Shown here piece after piece: positions 1 through 14,752 of a DNA stretch of 64,000 nt. The stretch is taken from positions 204,290,001-204,354,000 of the forward strand of contig OZ024743.1 in NCBI GenBank assembly GCA_964016885.1, written 5' to 3'. Source of the DNA: Eledone cirrhosa (Eukaryota). The first letter of the stretch is position 1. The number at the start of each line of letters is the position of its first letter. Made by a program: the position numbers and the translations under genes. The notes under the pieces are model-generated. The model was given only the letters and a program-made list of their open reading frames with translations, did no database searches and was not told where the DNA came from.

Positions 1-314
1 TATATATGTATTATATATATATATGTATTATATATATATATGTATTATATGTATATGTATTATATATATATGTATTATATATATATGTATTATATATATA
101 TTATATATATATATATGTATTATATATATATGTGTTATATATATATGTATTATATATATATGTATTATATATATACGTATTATATATATATGTATTATAT
201 ATATGTATTACATATATGTATATATATATATATATATATATGTATTATATATATGTATGTATTATATATATATGTATTATATATATATGTATTATATATA
301 TATATATATATATA
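1..314. repeat. (TA)n-derived low-complexity microsatellite
   Basis: TATATATATGTAT-type iterations; the YIYI ORFs are artefacts. Confidence 0.95.
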
Positions 315-519
315 CAGTATTTATGTATCGAGAGAGAGAAAGACAGGGGCCGATAGGTGATACATATAGTTATTTGCCAAGTAGCGTATGCCATAGTTGC
401 TCGATACTAGTGTCGACAGTATTAAATATTCGAAGTGTTAATATTTAGTGGGTTAGAGAGTTAGCAGAGCGTAAGCACGTGGAAAAGTAAGAAATCGGAG
501 AATAGACCGTTAAAACATG

Positions 520-3283
520 TTTATTTAAAACAGCACCTACGTACGTTTCGCCCAGTTTGGCTTCTCAAGAGCATAAATAAGCAAAAGCGTTCCTTACGTT
601 GCTCGGAAAGAATTTTTGGGGTTAAATTCACGTCACGGTTCATTGCTCGCAAAAATAGCTTGTTTTGATTTTGCAGCAGGTCAAGGGAGGTAACCCTGGC
701 CGTTGTTAGGGCAGTCTTTCACGGACAAATTTTTATCTGTTACATGATGAGGTTACAACTTACAATTCTCGATACGCACAGGGTCATGTAACCAACGCTT
801 ATTTTGAGACGTTTGTTTTTCCGCACCTGTTTGTCTGGGTCGTTAGAGGCTGGGTCTGGTATGCATGGTTAGTTTCCTGGGTGTTATTTTGCAGCGCCTG
901 CCGCCGGGGTGTTAAAACTTGTTGCAACGAGATCCAGTGCACGGTTTCACTCCTCATCCTTAACCCATCTGAAGAAGGATATTTTTAAGCGATGTGTAAC
1001 TTATCGCTGTTTCAGCTCTGCTGTTGATTAGCTCGTAGGGTGCAGTTATGATGTGGTAGAGCTCCATGAGGCAAAGATCGCACTTCCTCTTGAAGTTGTA
1101 CAGTGCAGCCCTGCCGACAATATCCCAGTGCGTGGAGAAGCTGATGTTTAATTCCTTTAGTGATGTGATTTAGTCCGCGAGCAAAGTGGAGTGTCTTAGT
1201 TTTTTATTTGTGAAAGAGTGGAGATGTGTTCGAAACCTAATTTTAAACGGGCCGGAGGTAGCCCTATATAATGTTTAACGCTATTGTGGCTAGTTACAGT
1301 GCATCTATATATAACCTTATCAGTCAAGCAATATCCTCTAAGGGGGCAGCGTCCTCTGTCGCGGCAGTTGCAATTTCTGTCGCGGTTCCATCTATTTCCC
1401 ACGGTAAGCCTATCATTGCTGCTGCCTATGTTATTACCTACGCTCCCGCAGCTGTCGTTAGCACCATTACAACCCACAGTACGCGGGGTGGTGTGATTGT
1501 TATTCCGCACGTCACGTCCTGCATGTTCCCCAGTCATTTCGCGGTTATGTTGGTTGCAACTGCGGAGGGCGTTGCCAGCACTATTGGATGCTGCTAGGGA
1601 GTTGTTAAGGCCGATATAGTTATTGTCAGGTGTAGGTGCGTCTGTGTCGAGGTGCTGTGTCTTGGTGATCATACTGTGGTTCGTTGTTCCTATGATGTCT
1701 GCTAGGTTAGGAGTAGTAGAGAAGGATATTTTTATATTGTTCCTATTAAGAATTTTTCTATACCTATGGTTGGGCGGGAAGTTCTTCTCTAAGGAAGAAT
1801 ATCCGGGGTATGTTGGAGGCCACACTCCGAGAGTAGGGGGGGAACCATAGGACGTTAAGGTGGCGATTACGTGTCCTTGTACGTTTGCTATGGGTAGTTC
1901 CATCTAGGTGACCGCTCTTATGTATGTTAATGCGCTGTAGCCCGTTAGGTGCCCCTTTCACTTTATGCTCGGGTGCACTCTTCTTCCATCTTCCATGTTT
2001 ATGTACAGGAAAATGTTGATTGGAAAGCGTTGGTAGTAGGCCGTCGCCTTTGTTGGTTTTGTAGTAGGGGAATAGTTCGAGTAATCTACAGTGGTCACCG
2101 TCGCCGGGGTCGTGATCTTTAGTGCGATTATCTATTCTATTATATCCGACTTCAACGAGGTCGCCGCGTGATCGGTTATAGGTATGGCTTACTATAACGT
2201 TCGTTTTATGAGGGGGTAGTATCTAGAGCTAGCGTTAGGGATGTAGGACATTCCTCGGTTAAAGCCGGCGCTTATCAAGGCCCTATTGTAGTAATCTGCC
2301 GCTTGGTTGAAGATATCCTCATTGGCGGATAGCCTCGAGATTCTATGTGAGATACTAGTATAGACTATGGAGTTTAGAGTCTGCTTAGGGTTGTCGCAGG
2401 CATAATTAATATAAGAGAGGCACTCTCCAGGCTTATGGTATGGCTTGTATAAGCCCGTACTCAACTCCAGGGTCACGTCCAGCAAGTTGACAACCTTGTG
2501 GTTGAGGTCCATAGTTACGGATAGGCCATATGACTTGAAGAACCTGTGTATATGTTTGTTAACGTTCTCTATCCTACGGGGGCTATGGTTCCTAACGGTA
2601 AACAGGGTGTCGTCCCTATATACACCTCCTTGCAGGGCCGGTATCTCGTCTCTAAGCTATGTAGGAGGTATATCCCGAGCAGGTCAGTTGCTTGCGCTGA
2701 GTCACTGGACCCCATCGTGACATCGAAGTTATCAGGACGGTTGGTTCTGGTCCAGTGGGAGCCTTCGAACTGGATAATGGTTCTACGCACGGCTAGAACT
2801 ATGTCTATTTCTTTTTTAGTGAGGCTAGTGTTAGATTTAGCTAAGATGAGTACCTTATTTAAGAGTATGGGGGAGATAGAGGCGTAGTAATTATCTATGT
2901 CAAACTGGATGATCTTCAGGGTCGCTTTATCCGGCAACTCGGTGAACCAATTTATGACCTGGTCGGTGTTGCCCCAGAGGCAGACCTTAGCCTTTCTATT
3001 AACCTCCAGTAGTACTCTGTCGAGGATCACTTTATTAATCTTACCTATATCAGATGTAGAGGGGCATATTAGTCTAATAGAGGGGCTTTCATTAAAGTTA
3101 CATTTGTGATACTTAAGAGAGAATCTAGGCGTCAGAGGGACGTACGGGTTAGTGTACTTTTCTATTTCTAAGCTGGTGACTATATCCTTCCCCACTCTAT
3201 TTATGTCATTTAGGGTAGTAGAGGGTCTCTTTTTGTAGTCTTTGTGTAGTTCCTTATAGCTGAATATTTTATACTTACTCGAG
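520..3283 (-). mobile_element. Penelope-like retroelement (RT + GIY-YIG), 5'-truncated, frameshifted
   Basis: RT motifs IIQFDIDNYYASIS, VTMGSSDSAQATDLLGIY, YRDD (shifted frame), VNLLDVTLEL; linker CNCRDRGRCPL..C; GIY-YIG VIYRCTV..YIGL; hammerhead-like motif at the 3' end. Confidence 0.9.
531..574 (-). ncRNA. Type I hammerhead ribozyme candidate (U3-A8 variant, weak stem I)
   Basis: Minus strand UUGAGAA-GCC(aaacug)GGC-GAAA-CGUACG-UA; palindromic stem III ACGUACGU; stem I imperfect. Confidence 0.55.
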
Positions 3284-3294
3284 TAAGTATAAAA

Positions 3295-4890
3295 CGAACA
3301 CGCACCTCATTACAACCAAGCCCTCAAGCGGAGTGGCTTCCGGGAGGAAATATCCTTTTATCCAGCTTCCCTTAGCGAATCCAGCAGGCGACACCGCCGC
3401 TCACGCAACGTAACCGTGGTTCAATCCTCCCCATAATGCCAAGGTGGCAACACCTATCGGGAAAATCTTCTTTAGACTCCTCGAAAAACACTTCCCACTA
3501 CAACACCGCTACAACAACATAATCAACAAAAACACTATTAAACTGTCCTACAGCACCACACCTAACTTCGCACAAAACGTCGTCTCCTCAAACAACAAAA
3601 AACTCAACCCCTATGGAAGAAATAACCTAGACATCAGTGGAGAGCCGACCAGGAGGTATAACTGCCCTGATAGATCTACGTTCCCCCTCAACAACAAATT
3701 TCGAGAACGTAACGTGATCTACCAGTGCAACGTGAGGAGGGACACGTCCAACAAAGCTTATATAGGATTAACCGCGTGTGACTTCAAGACCCGGCTCTAC
3801 CAACACCAACATAATTTCCGAAACCCGGTCCGGCGACATGCCACTACACTTTCGGGCCACATCTGGGACCTCCAAGATAATAATATAACCTACAATCTCA
3901 CTTTGAGCATAATGTCCAAAGCTAACTCTTACACGGGGGGACACCGTCCATGTAGCTTATGCTCGGATGAAACATAACAAATGCTGTTTTCGAAGAATCA
4001 ACTCCTAAACAAGAAAGAGGAACTGGTAACCGCATGCAAACACAGATTGCGTAGGACTTATCTCGCCCTCAAACCCCATAACGACCCGGGTGGTTAGACA
4101 AGGGCTGGTACCCCCCTACTTGCAGAATAAGTTAGGGGAAACCCCAGCTTACTTAGATATATGTATCTCTTTTCTTTTTTTTTCCTCTTTCTCTTCTTCC
4201 CCCTGTCTCATCCTATCACTTCCTTCCACCCCCTATTTTCTCCCACGTCTGCTTTTCCCCTTTCGCCTACCCCGATGCAGCCCATCGGGCCTCTGTAGCA
4301 TCAGTTCCCCCACCCCTGTAATTTTAAGATAGAATTGGCCGAATACGTTTTACTAACTATTTATAGCAGACGTGTTAAACCCCTTTAATTCTGTATCAGT
4401 TCTGGTACTACTCAATTTCTACAAGTTTTTTTCTATTCTCAACTTATTAACCTATAATTGTAAGATAGCATTGTGATTTCTTTATTCATTTCTCACTATC
4501 TAATTTTATATATTTTTTTATTTATTTCTATTATCTTTTATTATCTCCTACTCTCATTCGATTTACCTATTCTATAACCTCCCTCCTCCACTTCATACAC
4601 TATCCTTAGAATCTACTGTATACATATCACTTTCAACGCTTGACCGCTCCACTCACTCCCCTATTGTTCTACAGGCAAGTTCAGTCACCCCTACCTCCCA
4701 CCAAATGCCATGATAGACTTATTTGTGTTTACAACAAATTTTAACCAATCCTCTTGACAACTACAATCTTCCCATATAAGGAAGTAACCCCTTGAAAAGT
4801 TCGGCTCTTTATTCACCAGGCTAAAAATTCTAATTTAGTCCAGAAATAGCCGTCGAAACGGCTTGAGCTCTGCCGTCGGGGTCATACTTT
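3295..4890 (+). mobile_element. Penelope-like element 3' fragment (GIY-YIG + 3' region)
   Basis: FNPP motif upstream of ORF 3444-3977; KHFPLQHRY..IKLSYSTTPN, VIYQCNV..YIGLT..FKTRLYQH, CSLC; ends in hammerhead then (TA)n. Confidence 0.88.
4787..4882 (+). ncRNA. Type I hammerhead ribozyme (U3-A8 variant)
   Basis: ACCCC-UUGAAAA-G..CGGCU...AGCCG.C-GAAA-CGGC(uugagcucu)GCCG-UC^GGGGU; stems I and III pair; GUC triplet at 4875-4877. Confidence 0.75.
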
Positions 4891-4894
4891 TTCC

Positions 4895-4994
<100 letters not shown>

Positions 4995-5882
4995 ATCGGA
5001 GAAAGCTAATAGCGATACTCCGGCCAAATTCCAACTCACTCAACAAACATTAGGAAATATCTGAGTATATTCCCAATTATGGGGTGCTAACTATATTGTA
5101 TTGTGTGGATAATTGGCTGTATTATTTCATATGAGATATATCAAATATATCATTTCCCAGACGACTCGTTTCATTATAAGATTTCTACAAGTTGGGTGAA
5201 AATATACCAAGTTATGTAGAAGCTTGTATAAGATCAACAGATACTTATTCAAGTGGGCTCTTATACATCTTCAGTGGGTAATATATAATTATGATTAAAA
5301 ATTTAATAAGGTTCAATGAACTCCTCAATGAATAAAGTTTCACAATAGATTATAAGCACTCAACAAAAGGTTTTCTGGAGTGTATTTATATATATATACT
5401 GTATATATATATATATATCCCAGAAAAAAGAGAATCAGTGTTGCGACGAAAGGAATTTATTGGACATATTACAATTGTTTCTCGGGCGACCAGCTCGAGG
5501 CACGATCGATTTGGTTATCAAACCTGACTCTGAACTCACGCGGTCCTCGGATACGTCTTGATTCCACGAAGCAGATTTTCCTAATGTCCTTTAACATCGA
5601 ATTTCTTCGCTTGTTGGTTTAGATCCTGTTGTTGTCATTCCATGAGTGGTCAAGAATTGTACACTTCACCGGTATTTCTAGCCACTCATGGTTGCCCACT
5701 TCTTGATTCTTCTCGTTCTCCACCTGTTAATCAAAATTTCTTCATATATCAGAATTACTATTGTGCTGGCATCAGAATTACTACTGAACGGCTGGCATCA
5801 CATCGACGTCTTCATTGCCCCTAGGCGCCTTTGTCTCCATCGGTCAGGTACACACCCGCAATTATGCTGTATACGGCAGTCA

Positions 5883-6866
5883 TCTATATATATAAAACTG
5901 TGGTTGTCTGTCTATCTATCGATTTTTGGCACACATCTCCTCTTAGAATCTCTCACGGAATTGCACCGAAATTGCTATACTTGTACATTGAGCCCTAGCG
6001 AAGACATCGGAAAAAAAAATTTCAAATTGACCCACCCTATGTGACGAAATCGAATATAATGTATCGATTTTTGAGCGTAAGTTATCAGTTATTTCCCTTT
6101 GTTCTGTTTACATTGAGCGTCTTACGTAAAAAATTACGCTGGCTTTCTCAGCGTTTAAAATGACATTAACACAATACACGAACAGTTGTCGAGCCAGCAA
6201 AATATTGACCTGCAAAATTCATCAGTTCGAACACTAAGCTTCCGTTTTGCTTCATTTCCATTTAAAAGCATTTTAAAACAATATTTTTACTTGAAAACAA
6301 GTCTATTTAAAGACTACGTAAAACAAGCAAATATTTCGTCGTTATGCGTGCAGACAGACAGTCGTGCAGACAGACAGTCGTGCAGAGAGGTGATATACGC
6401 GTGCAGACAGACAGTCGTGCAGAGAGGTGATATAGGCGTGCAGACAGATAGTCGTGCAGAGAGGTGATATAGGCGTGCAGACAGACAGTCGTGCAGAGAG
6501 GTGATATAGGCGTGCAGACAGACAGTCGTGCAGAGAGGTGATATAGGCGTGCAGACAGACATAACTGATAATTTGGTTACGCTAATGCTTTTCTCTGCGT
6601 TGCAGTGTTTACATTTTCGATCTTTGTTAATAAATAACCAGTGCAGTTTCTATCCCCAGCATCCTCTTTTGTTATAACATTCGGGTTATCGTTATGTTTT
6701 CTTAACTTCATAAGGCATATTGTTGGTTGAGGGAATATTAATCAAAAACACCACATGCAAGTCTGCACAGTAGACACTACAGTTTTTAAGCCAAGAAAGA
6801 AACTTAACATTGTAACTTTAACACAGCTACTGAGCGACCCCGAGCAACGCCGGGCTTTACTGCTAG
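5883..6866 (+). mobile_element. Non-autonomous Helitron-like element, copy 1
   Basis: A|TC...CTAG|T termini, subterminal hairpin CCCG-agcaacgc-CGGG, internal ~37-bp minisatellite; near-identical copy at 15468-16335. Confidence 0.8.
6346..6561. repeat. ~37-bp minisatellite inside Helitron
   Basis: cgtgcagacagacagtcgtgcagagaggtgatatagg repeated about 5 times (about 3 in copy 2). Confidence 0.9.
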
Positions 6867-7604
6867 TCATAAATAATGTTTGGCGAGATTTTTTTTTAAA
6901 AACAAATCGTAGGGATATTTAGCATAACATTTGTAGGACACAACCTAAAAATACCCTCCACCATACATATTTCAAAAAGAAAAAGATAAAGAAAAACCTG
7001 TGTTAACAACGTTTTAAAAAAGAAAGCTTTCAACAGCCTTTCAAACAGAAGTGCTATATCAAAGGTGTTTTCAACAAATACACACAATTCTACACTCACA
7101 CACTGGACTCGCGCATAGCCAAGACGACGCATATATATATAGACAGATGAGAAAAGAAAAAACCATGGAAAGTCATCCGTACCCCCACGCAGACATGCTC
7201 AGACAAATACATCGACCCAGGCATGCGCACACCCGTGCTCAAGTATGTCTGTATGGACACGCATACATACATGCCCCCGTGTGCTCCCACGCCGAAGGCA
7301 TATACTTGATGAGTACCCCTCATACGTCTTCCCACGCGCCGCTGCGCAGATGGTGCACACAGTATTGTATGAGACAACGCATTTGAGGCTTTGACCCAAC
7401 CCGATCACGTGGCGGTGTGAGTCCGAAAGTGCCTGCACAATATGCCTAAATGTTAAGGCAGCACAATATCCCTGTACTAATCGCATATACTGTGGGTGGC
7501 ACATATATTTTTTAAAAACTGTACGTACATAACATAAAATAATGAAATAATATACAATAATAAAATAAAATAGATTATTTTATTATTTCATTATTTTATG
7601 TTAT

Positions 7605-7783
7605 GGCAGGTGAATTGTCAGTATCGGGAGAGGGTCTGACATGCATAGCCACGTCCCTTTACGATCTGAGTTCAAATCCCGCCGAGGTTAACTTTGCCTT
7701 TCATCCTTACGGGGTCGATAAAATATAGTACCAGTAATGTACTGGGATAATTGCTGGCCTTGTGCCAAAAGAAGAAACAATTA
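7605..7783 (+). mobile_element. tRNA-derived SINE
   Basis: B box GAGTTCAAATCC, then shared core actttgcctttcatccttacggggtcgataaa..gtaccag and tail ggccttgtgccaaaag..gaaacaatt. Confidence 0.85.
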
Positions 7784-7789
7784 TTTTAT

Positions 7790-9029
7790 GTTATGTACGT
7801 ACAGGTTTATTTTATATACTCGAATCCAGGCATACTCGAATCCTGGATTCGACTATGATGTACCTGTGTACTGTAAATTCAGGCAACTCTACTTGGCACT
7901 ACATAGGTTCCGCGGCTGGGGATTTCAAGAAAAGGTGGTACGTCCACAGACACTCCATGAAGAACCGTAGACTGGAGAACTCTACGACGCTCGCCAATAA
8001 AATCTGGCAGCTTTAAAACACAAACCAGGAGTATAAGATTAGCTGGTCAAAATTATCGGTAGCAAGGGCCTACAGACACGGAATGTCCTACTGCGGACTT
8101 TGTAATTTAGAATAATTCCATATTTTAAGGTACGATAAGATGCTGCTTAACAGCAAAATAGAAAGATCAATTTTCTGTAGGCATAAAATAGCTACCACAT
8201 TCACAAACTTCAAACCACCGTGATTCGAACCAGAAATCCCTAAATTAGAACTGAACCACCTGGATTTTAACATATGGAATACACACTATCACACTGCTAT
8301 TAGTTGTCAAACAGCCAACTGGTCACTAGATCATAAATCTCTTAACATCTCTTTCACCCTTTTTCCCTGAAACAGCATCAACCCCATTAAGACAAGACAA
8401 TCAGCATAACATTTACCACACACATTTGTCAAACCTCCCTTCACCATCCACCCTTAGCCCTTATATCTCACACTTGTATCCACCAATTAATCTCTAATTT
8501 ATTGCTTTTTCCCTTTTCTTTTATCTGTCACTACATCAGACTCTCTACGCGTATCTATGTATATTTCGAATATGACTTTTCATGATAGCACTAAACACAC
8601 CACAGAATCCTTATAAGAACACTTACTCACCACCACCACAAGCATACTCTGTACTTACATGCTCTCACTTATCCTTATTTATTTCTTTATATTTTCCATT
8701 TTCTTACTTTTTTAATGTATTTTTTCTTATCTTTTACTTTTTACGTTTTACATCTGTAACTTTTCTACCTATTTGTCATATATATTTTATTATTGATGTT
8801 ATTGTTTTGATTATACGGTATTCTTCTATATATATCTTGCCTCGAGTGAATTATTTTTATATCTTCGTATTCTGATGAGTTGATCAGAGGTAAATAATGT
8901 AATAGAGATCGAGTGACGCAACTTCAAGCGATTAGCGACCTCTAGACTCACCTGATCAATGAAACAATTGTCAATACCTGAAATAGAGCCCCTTGTTGTA
9001 CAGCCAACCATGTTATACTCTTCATTCTT

Positions 9030-9030
<1 letters not shown>
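7790..9030 (+). mobile_element. Penelope-like element 3' fragment
   Basis: MYLCTV..HYIGS..DFKKRWYVH..STTLANKIWQL, then CGLCNLE..LLNSK; hammerhead near the 3' end; followed by (TA)n. Confidence 0.85.
8867..8977 (+). ncRNA. Type I hammerhead ribozyme with long stem II
   Basis: GUAUU-CUGAUGA-GUUGAUCAG...CUGAUCAAU-GAAA-CAAUUG-UC^AAUAC; palindromic stem III ACAAUUGU; cleavage after 8972. Confidence 0.85.
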
Positions 9031-9075
<45 letters not shown>

Positions 9076-9080
<5 letters not shown>

Positions 9081-9537
9081 AAATGGGGAGAAAAATACTG
9101 CTGGTAGCACATGGATAACATGTAATAAAATAAGTCCCTCATCAGTGATTTGCCGACGATCATAGATATTACATTGTGTTAAAAATCATATACCTCACGT
9201 CGGTGCAATAATAACTAAATTAAGTTATTAGGACAATTAAAACGCGTAAAGCGAGTGAGACTAGAAAACAACAAAGAGTAGAGCTAACCGTAGAAGGAAG
9301 GAGACAAGCTTCATAGTTATTCTGTTAGCATAAGCTAGGTGAATATATAAGCGCTTAGAAAAAAGACCTTTCACGAACGAATGCAATGTGAGAAAGAGAG
9401 AAATTGCTTTCTTCGCGAACGGGGTGAAGTGAGGAGAGGAGAAACAGTGAGTGAGTGAGTGGAAGTGTGAGGAAGAGTTAACTGACATGACAGAGGGGGC
9501 GAAATAAAGTAGGAGAAACAGAGAGAATGGGGGAGCA

Positions 9538-9593
<56 letters not shown>

Positions 9594-9945
9594 CAGAATC
9601 GCAGTTTGGGTAAATATATGTAATAAAATGGGGAGAAAAATACTGCTGGTAGCACATGGATAACATGTAATAAAATAAGTCCCTCATCAGTGATTTGCCG
9701 ACAATCATAGATATTTCATTGCATTAAAAATCATATACCTCACATCGGTGCAATAATAACTAAATTAAGTTATTAGGACAATTAAAACGCGTAAAGCGAG
9801 TCAGACAAGAAAACAACAAAGAGTAGAGCTAACCGTAGAAGGAAGGAGACAAGCTTCACAGTTATTCTGTTAGCATAAGCTAAGTGAATATATGAGCGCT
9901 TAGAAAAAAGACCTTTCACGAACGAATGCAATGTGAGAAAGAGAG

Positions 9946-9949
<4 letters not shown>
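9076..9949. repeat. 1.6 copies of a 545-bp unit between (TA)n tracts
   Basis: 9076-9404 recurs at 9621-9949 with few substitutions; CTGATGAG on the minus strand of both. Confidence 0.85.
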
Positions 9950-10034
<85 letters not shown>

Positions 10035-10088
10035 TAAAAAAATAATGAATAAAACAATGAAACAGTTCCTTATATTAAACAAAAAAAG

Positions 10089-10242
10089 TTCATTATTTAA
10101 CGATCGTTTCTAGGATATATATGTGTTAGAATTGGCATGCATATTCAACAGATCTATGTACAAAATTATACAAAATTATACAAACTATCAAAATTAAATA
10201 TACATACCAACACATATATATGCCGTCTTCAGAAATAATGAA
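10089..10242 (-). ncRNA. Type I hammerhead ribozyme (inverted copy)
   Basis: Reverse complement of 14599-14752. Confidence 0.75.
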
Positions 10243-10695
10243 ATATATTTATTGATAATAACAACAATTCAAAATGACAGGTCTGTTTGGGAACAGAGTT
10301 CAAATTGACCAATGAAAACACAAAAAGTTTATACAGTTAGGTGTGTGTATATATGTAAGTAACTTCGTTCACAGATATGCATAAAAATATATGTTCACAT
10401 GCATACGCATGCCGAAAAGATGTATGTAAATACAAAAATTCAAGGCTAATGTCTCTGTATGTTTATAATCTACAGATAAAGTACGTATACGCATATAAAT
10501 ATAAAAATAAATATATACACATATAATATATCACTTAGAATTTCTAACCTTTCTTCTAACCAAGATGTATTTGATAAAAATGCGACCTTCTATAACGAAG
10601 CTCTAGATAGAAGTGGCCACAAAAATAGATTAGAATATATACCTTCTACTAAAAATACTATAAACATACAACCTAATATTACCAACAAACACCAA

Positions 10696-11661
10696 ATGAA
10701 AAGTACACACCTAAATGCCACCCACACTATACCCCGAAATACCAACAACTCTTCTAATATAAAGTATAGTAACTCTCAAAAAACTACTCATCATACAACT
10801 CTAATAAATGTTAATAATAAAACTCCTAATAAACAAGATAAAACACCTAAATCTACAAATCTAACTAAAAATGTGCGTGGTGAGATCATTAACATTAATC
10901 CTCCTAGTAAACATCACGATACAACCTATACAAATAATAAACAACATAGAAACCGTAATAGACGAGTTACTTGGTATAATGCTCCATTTAATTTACAAAT
11001 TAAGGATAATATTGCTAAAAAAATTTTTTATATCCTAGAGAAAAACTTCCCGCCAAACCACAAATACCATCAAATCTTAAATAGGTCTACAGTTAAATTC
11101 TCATACTCAACAACAAATAACATAAAACAAAATATAAGTGCCTATAATGCATATAAATGTAAGAATACCATAAGTATACCACCAATACATCAAACTAACC
11201 ATAATATCTCCTCAAATACAGAATTAACGAAAGGTTGTAACTGTAGAAACAAAGCAAACTGCCCATTAAAAGGAAATTGTCTTGTTAACAACATAGTTTA
11301 TAAATGTAATGTTAAAACTAAAGATTCTATTTGCTCAGATATAGGAGCTACTTCTAACAATTTTAAGGTAAGGTTTAATACCCACAAACATAGTTTTAAA
11401 AATGCCGCACTGGCTAATACAACATCTCTAGCAGAAAAAATCAATAGTTATAAAAATAAGAATATAGAATATGATATGACCTGGAGTGTGCTCAAAAGAG
11501 CCACCCCTTATCAAAATAATAGAAATGAATGTAGATTAGGTTCCCAAGAACTATTTGAAATAATGAAATCTAAGGATATCCTATTAAATAAACGACAGGA
11601 ATTAATTATATCGTGTAATCATAAACTAAGAAAAACATTTAAATATTATAAACCTAATTAA
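10696..11661 (+). CDS. Penelope ORF C-terminus: linker + GIY-YIG endonuclease (no RT core)
   Basis: RRVTWYNAPF, KNFPPNHKYHQILN..KFSYS, CNCRNKANCPLKGNC, IVYKCNV..DIGAT..FKVRFNTH, LLNKRQE..CNH. Confidence 0.8.
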   Translation: MKSTHLNATHTIPRNTNNSSNIKYSNSQKTTHHTTLINVNNKTPNKQDKTPKSTNLTKNVRGEIININPPSKHHDTTYTNNKQHRNRNRRVTWYNAPFNLQIKDNIAKKIFYILEKNFPPNHKYHQILNRSTVKFSYSTTNNIKQNISAYNAYKCKNTISIPPIHQTNHNISSNTELTKGCNCRNKANCPLKGNCLVNNIVYKCNVKTKDSICSDIGATSNNFKVRFNTHKHSFKNAALANTTSLAEKINSYKNKNIEYDMTWSVLKRATPYQNNRNECRLGSQELFEIMKSKDILLNKRQELIISCNHKLRKTFKYYKPN

Positions 11662-12734
11662 TAACATTATTTTAGAAATTAATATATAATTTAATTTAAA
11701 TGTTAGTTAACCTATAAATTGAATTTATTTAAAATTCTACTACAGATGAGATTATAAAATATTGTGTAATCATAAATTGTGAAAAACTTTTAAATATTAG
11801 TAATATATACTTCGTAAATTAATTTATAGATTAATTTTAATTTATTTAACCTTTTATTAAAATTCCTTTACAGATAAAATATAACAAAATATCGTGTATT
11901 CAATGACAGAGAAATAATTTTTAATATTATAGACCTAATTAATGTACATTTTAGAAATATATTTATAATTTGGTTTTAAATTTGTTTAACCTAAAAATTT
12001 AATTTAATTGGCTTAAAATTAATATCCTAATACAGATGGATTGCAGAGTGTCATGTAATCATAGACTGAGATAGGTTTTGGATGTATACCTAGTTAATAT
12101 ATTCTTTGCAATTTTTGAAAAAATATGTATGTGTATGTATATATATGTATATGTATGTATATATATATGTATATGTATATATATATGTGTATGTATTAAT
12201 TTTAATTTCTGTTTACCTATAATTATATTCTACTATAGATAAAATACAATATCTGTTTTAATTATTATAAACCAAATTAACATATACTATAGAAATTAAT
12301 ATATAATTTTTAATTTAGTTAACCTATAATTTATATTCTACTACCGATGTAATACTTTATTTGTTTTTTTCCCTATTACTAAATTCATTTCCTAATATTG
12401 ATACCATAACGTTAATAATTTTAATTTAGTTATACTATAATTAATACTCTACTACTATTTAACTTCAAAATTCCGCTTCAAATATTATAAACCTAAGTAG
12501 TATACACCTTAGAAATCAATATATTAACTATCTTTATTTTAGTTAACCTATAATTAATAGTCTACTTATATTAAAATGCATAATTTTGCCTTCTTTCTTA
12601 CATTTCCTAATACTGAAACTACTATGTAAACACATATTGTGATCTAAATGCAGATTAATATTCTATGTTTCTTGAAACCTATATTTACTATAATCCCCCC
12701 CCCCCCCCCCTATTATTATTTGTATTTGTAAGCG

Positions 12735-14026
<1,292 letters not shown>

Positions 14027-14598
14027 CTTAATATATTTCTTTTTTCTTTTTCTTTTTATTTCTAAATTTATAGATACATTTATAAATAGGCAGCTTGCTG
14101 ACACCGCTAAATACTGACCTTTTCTCCCCCCCCCCCCCACCTACTTTCTGTCTCTGGATCCAAATATGTGTGGCAGTGTTTATGTGCGCGCATTAATGTC
14201 CATATGCTTATGATAATAGTATATACACATATATGTGTGTGGGGGTGTGTGTGTGAATGTATGTTCGTGGTTGTGTGTATGTTTATGCGTATAAGCGCGT
14301 GTGTGTGTGAATGTACGTATATGTGTGAGTATATGAATGTGTGTATATATTTATTTTTATATTTATATGCGTATACGTACTTTATCTGTAGATTATAAAC
14401 ATACAGAGACACTAGCCTTGAATTTTTGTATTTACATACATCTTTTCGGCATGCGTATGCATGTGAACATATATTTTTATGCATATCTGTGAACGAAGTT
14501 ACTTACATATATACACACACCTAACTGTATAAACTTTTTGTGTTTTCATCCCAAACAGACCTGTCATTTTGAATTGTTGTTATTATCAATAAATATAT

Positions 14599-14752
14599 TT
14601 CATTATTTCTGAAGACGGCATATATATGTGTTGGTATGTATATTTAATTTTGATAGTTTGTATAATTTTGTATAATTTTGTACATAGATCTGTTGAATAT
14701 GCATGCCAATTCTAACACATATATATCCTAGAAACGATCGTTAAATAATGAA
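14599..14752 (+). ncRNA. Type I hammerhead ribozyme with very long stem II
   Basis: UUCAUUAUUU-CUGAAGA-[AUAUAUAUGUGUUGG/CUAACACAUAUAUAU]-GAAA-CGAUCG-UU^AAAUAAUGAA; perfect 10-bp stem I; palindromic stem III; base of stem II mismatched. Confidence 0.78.
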
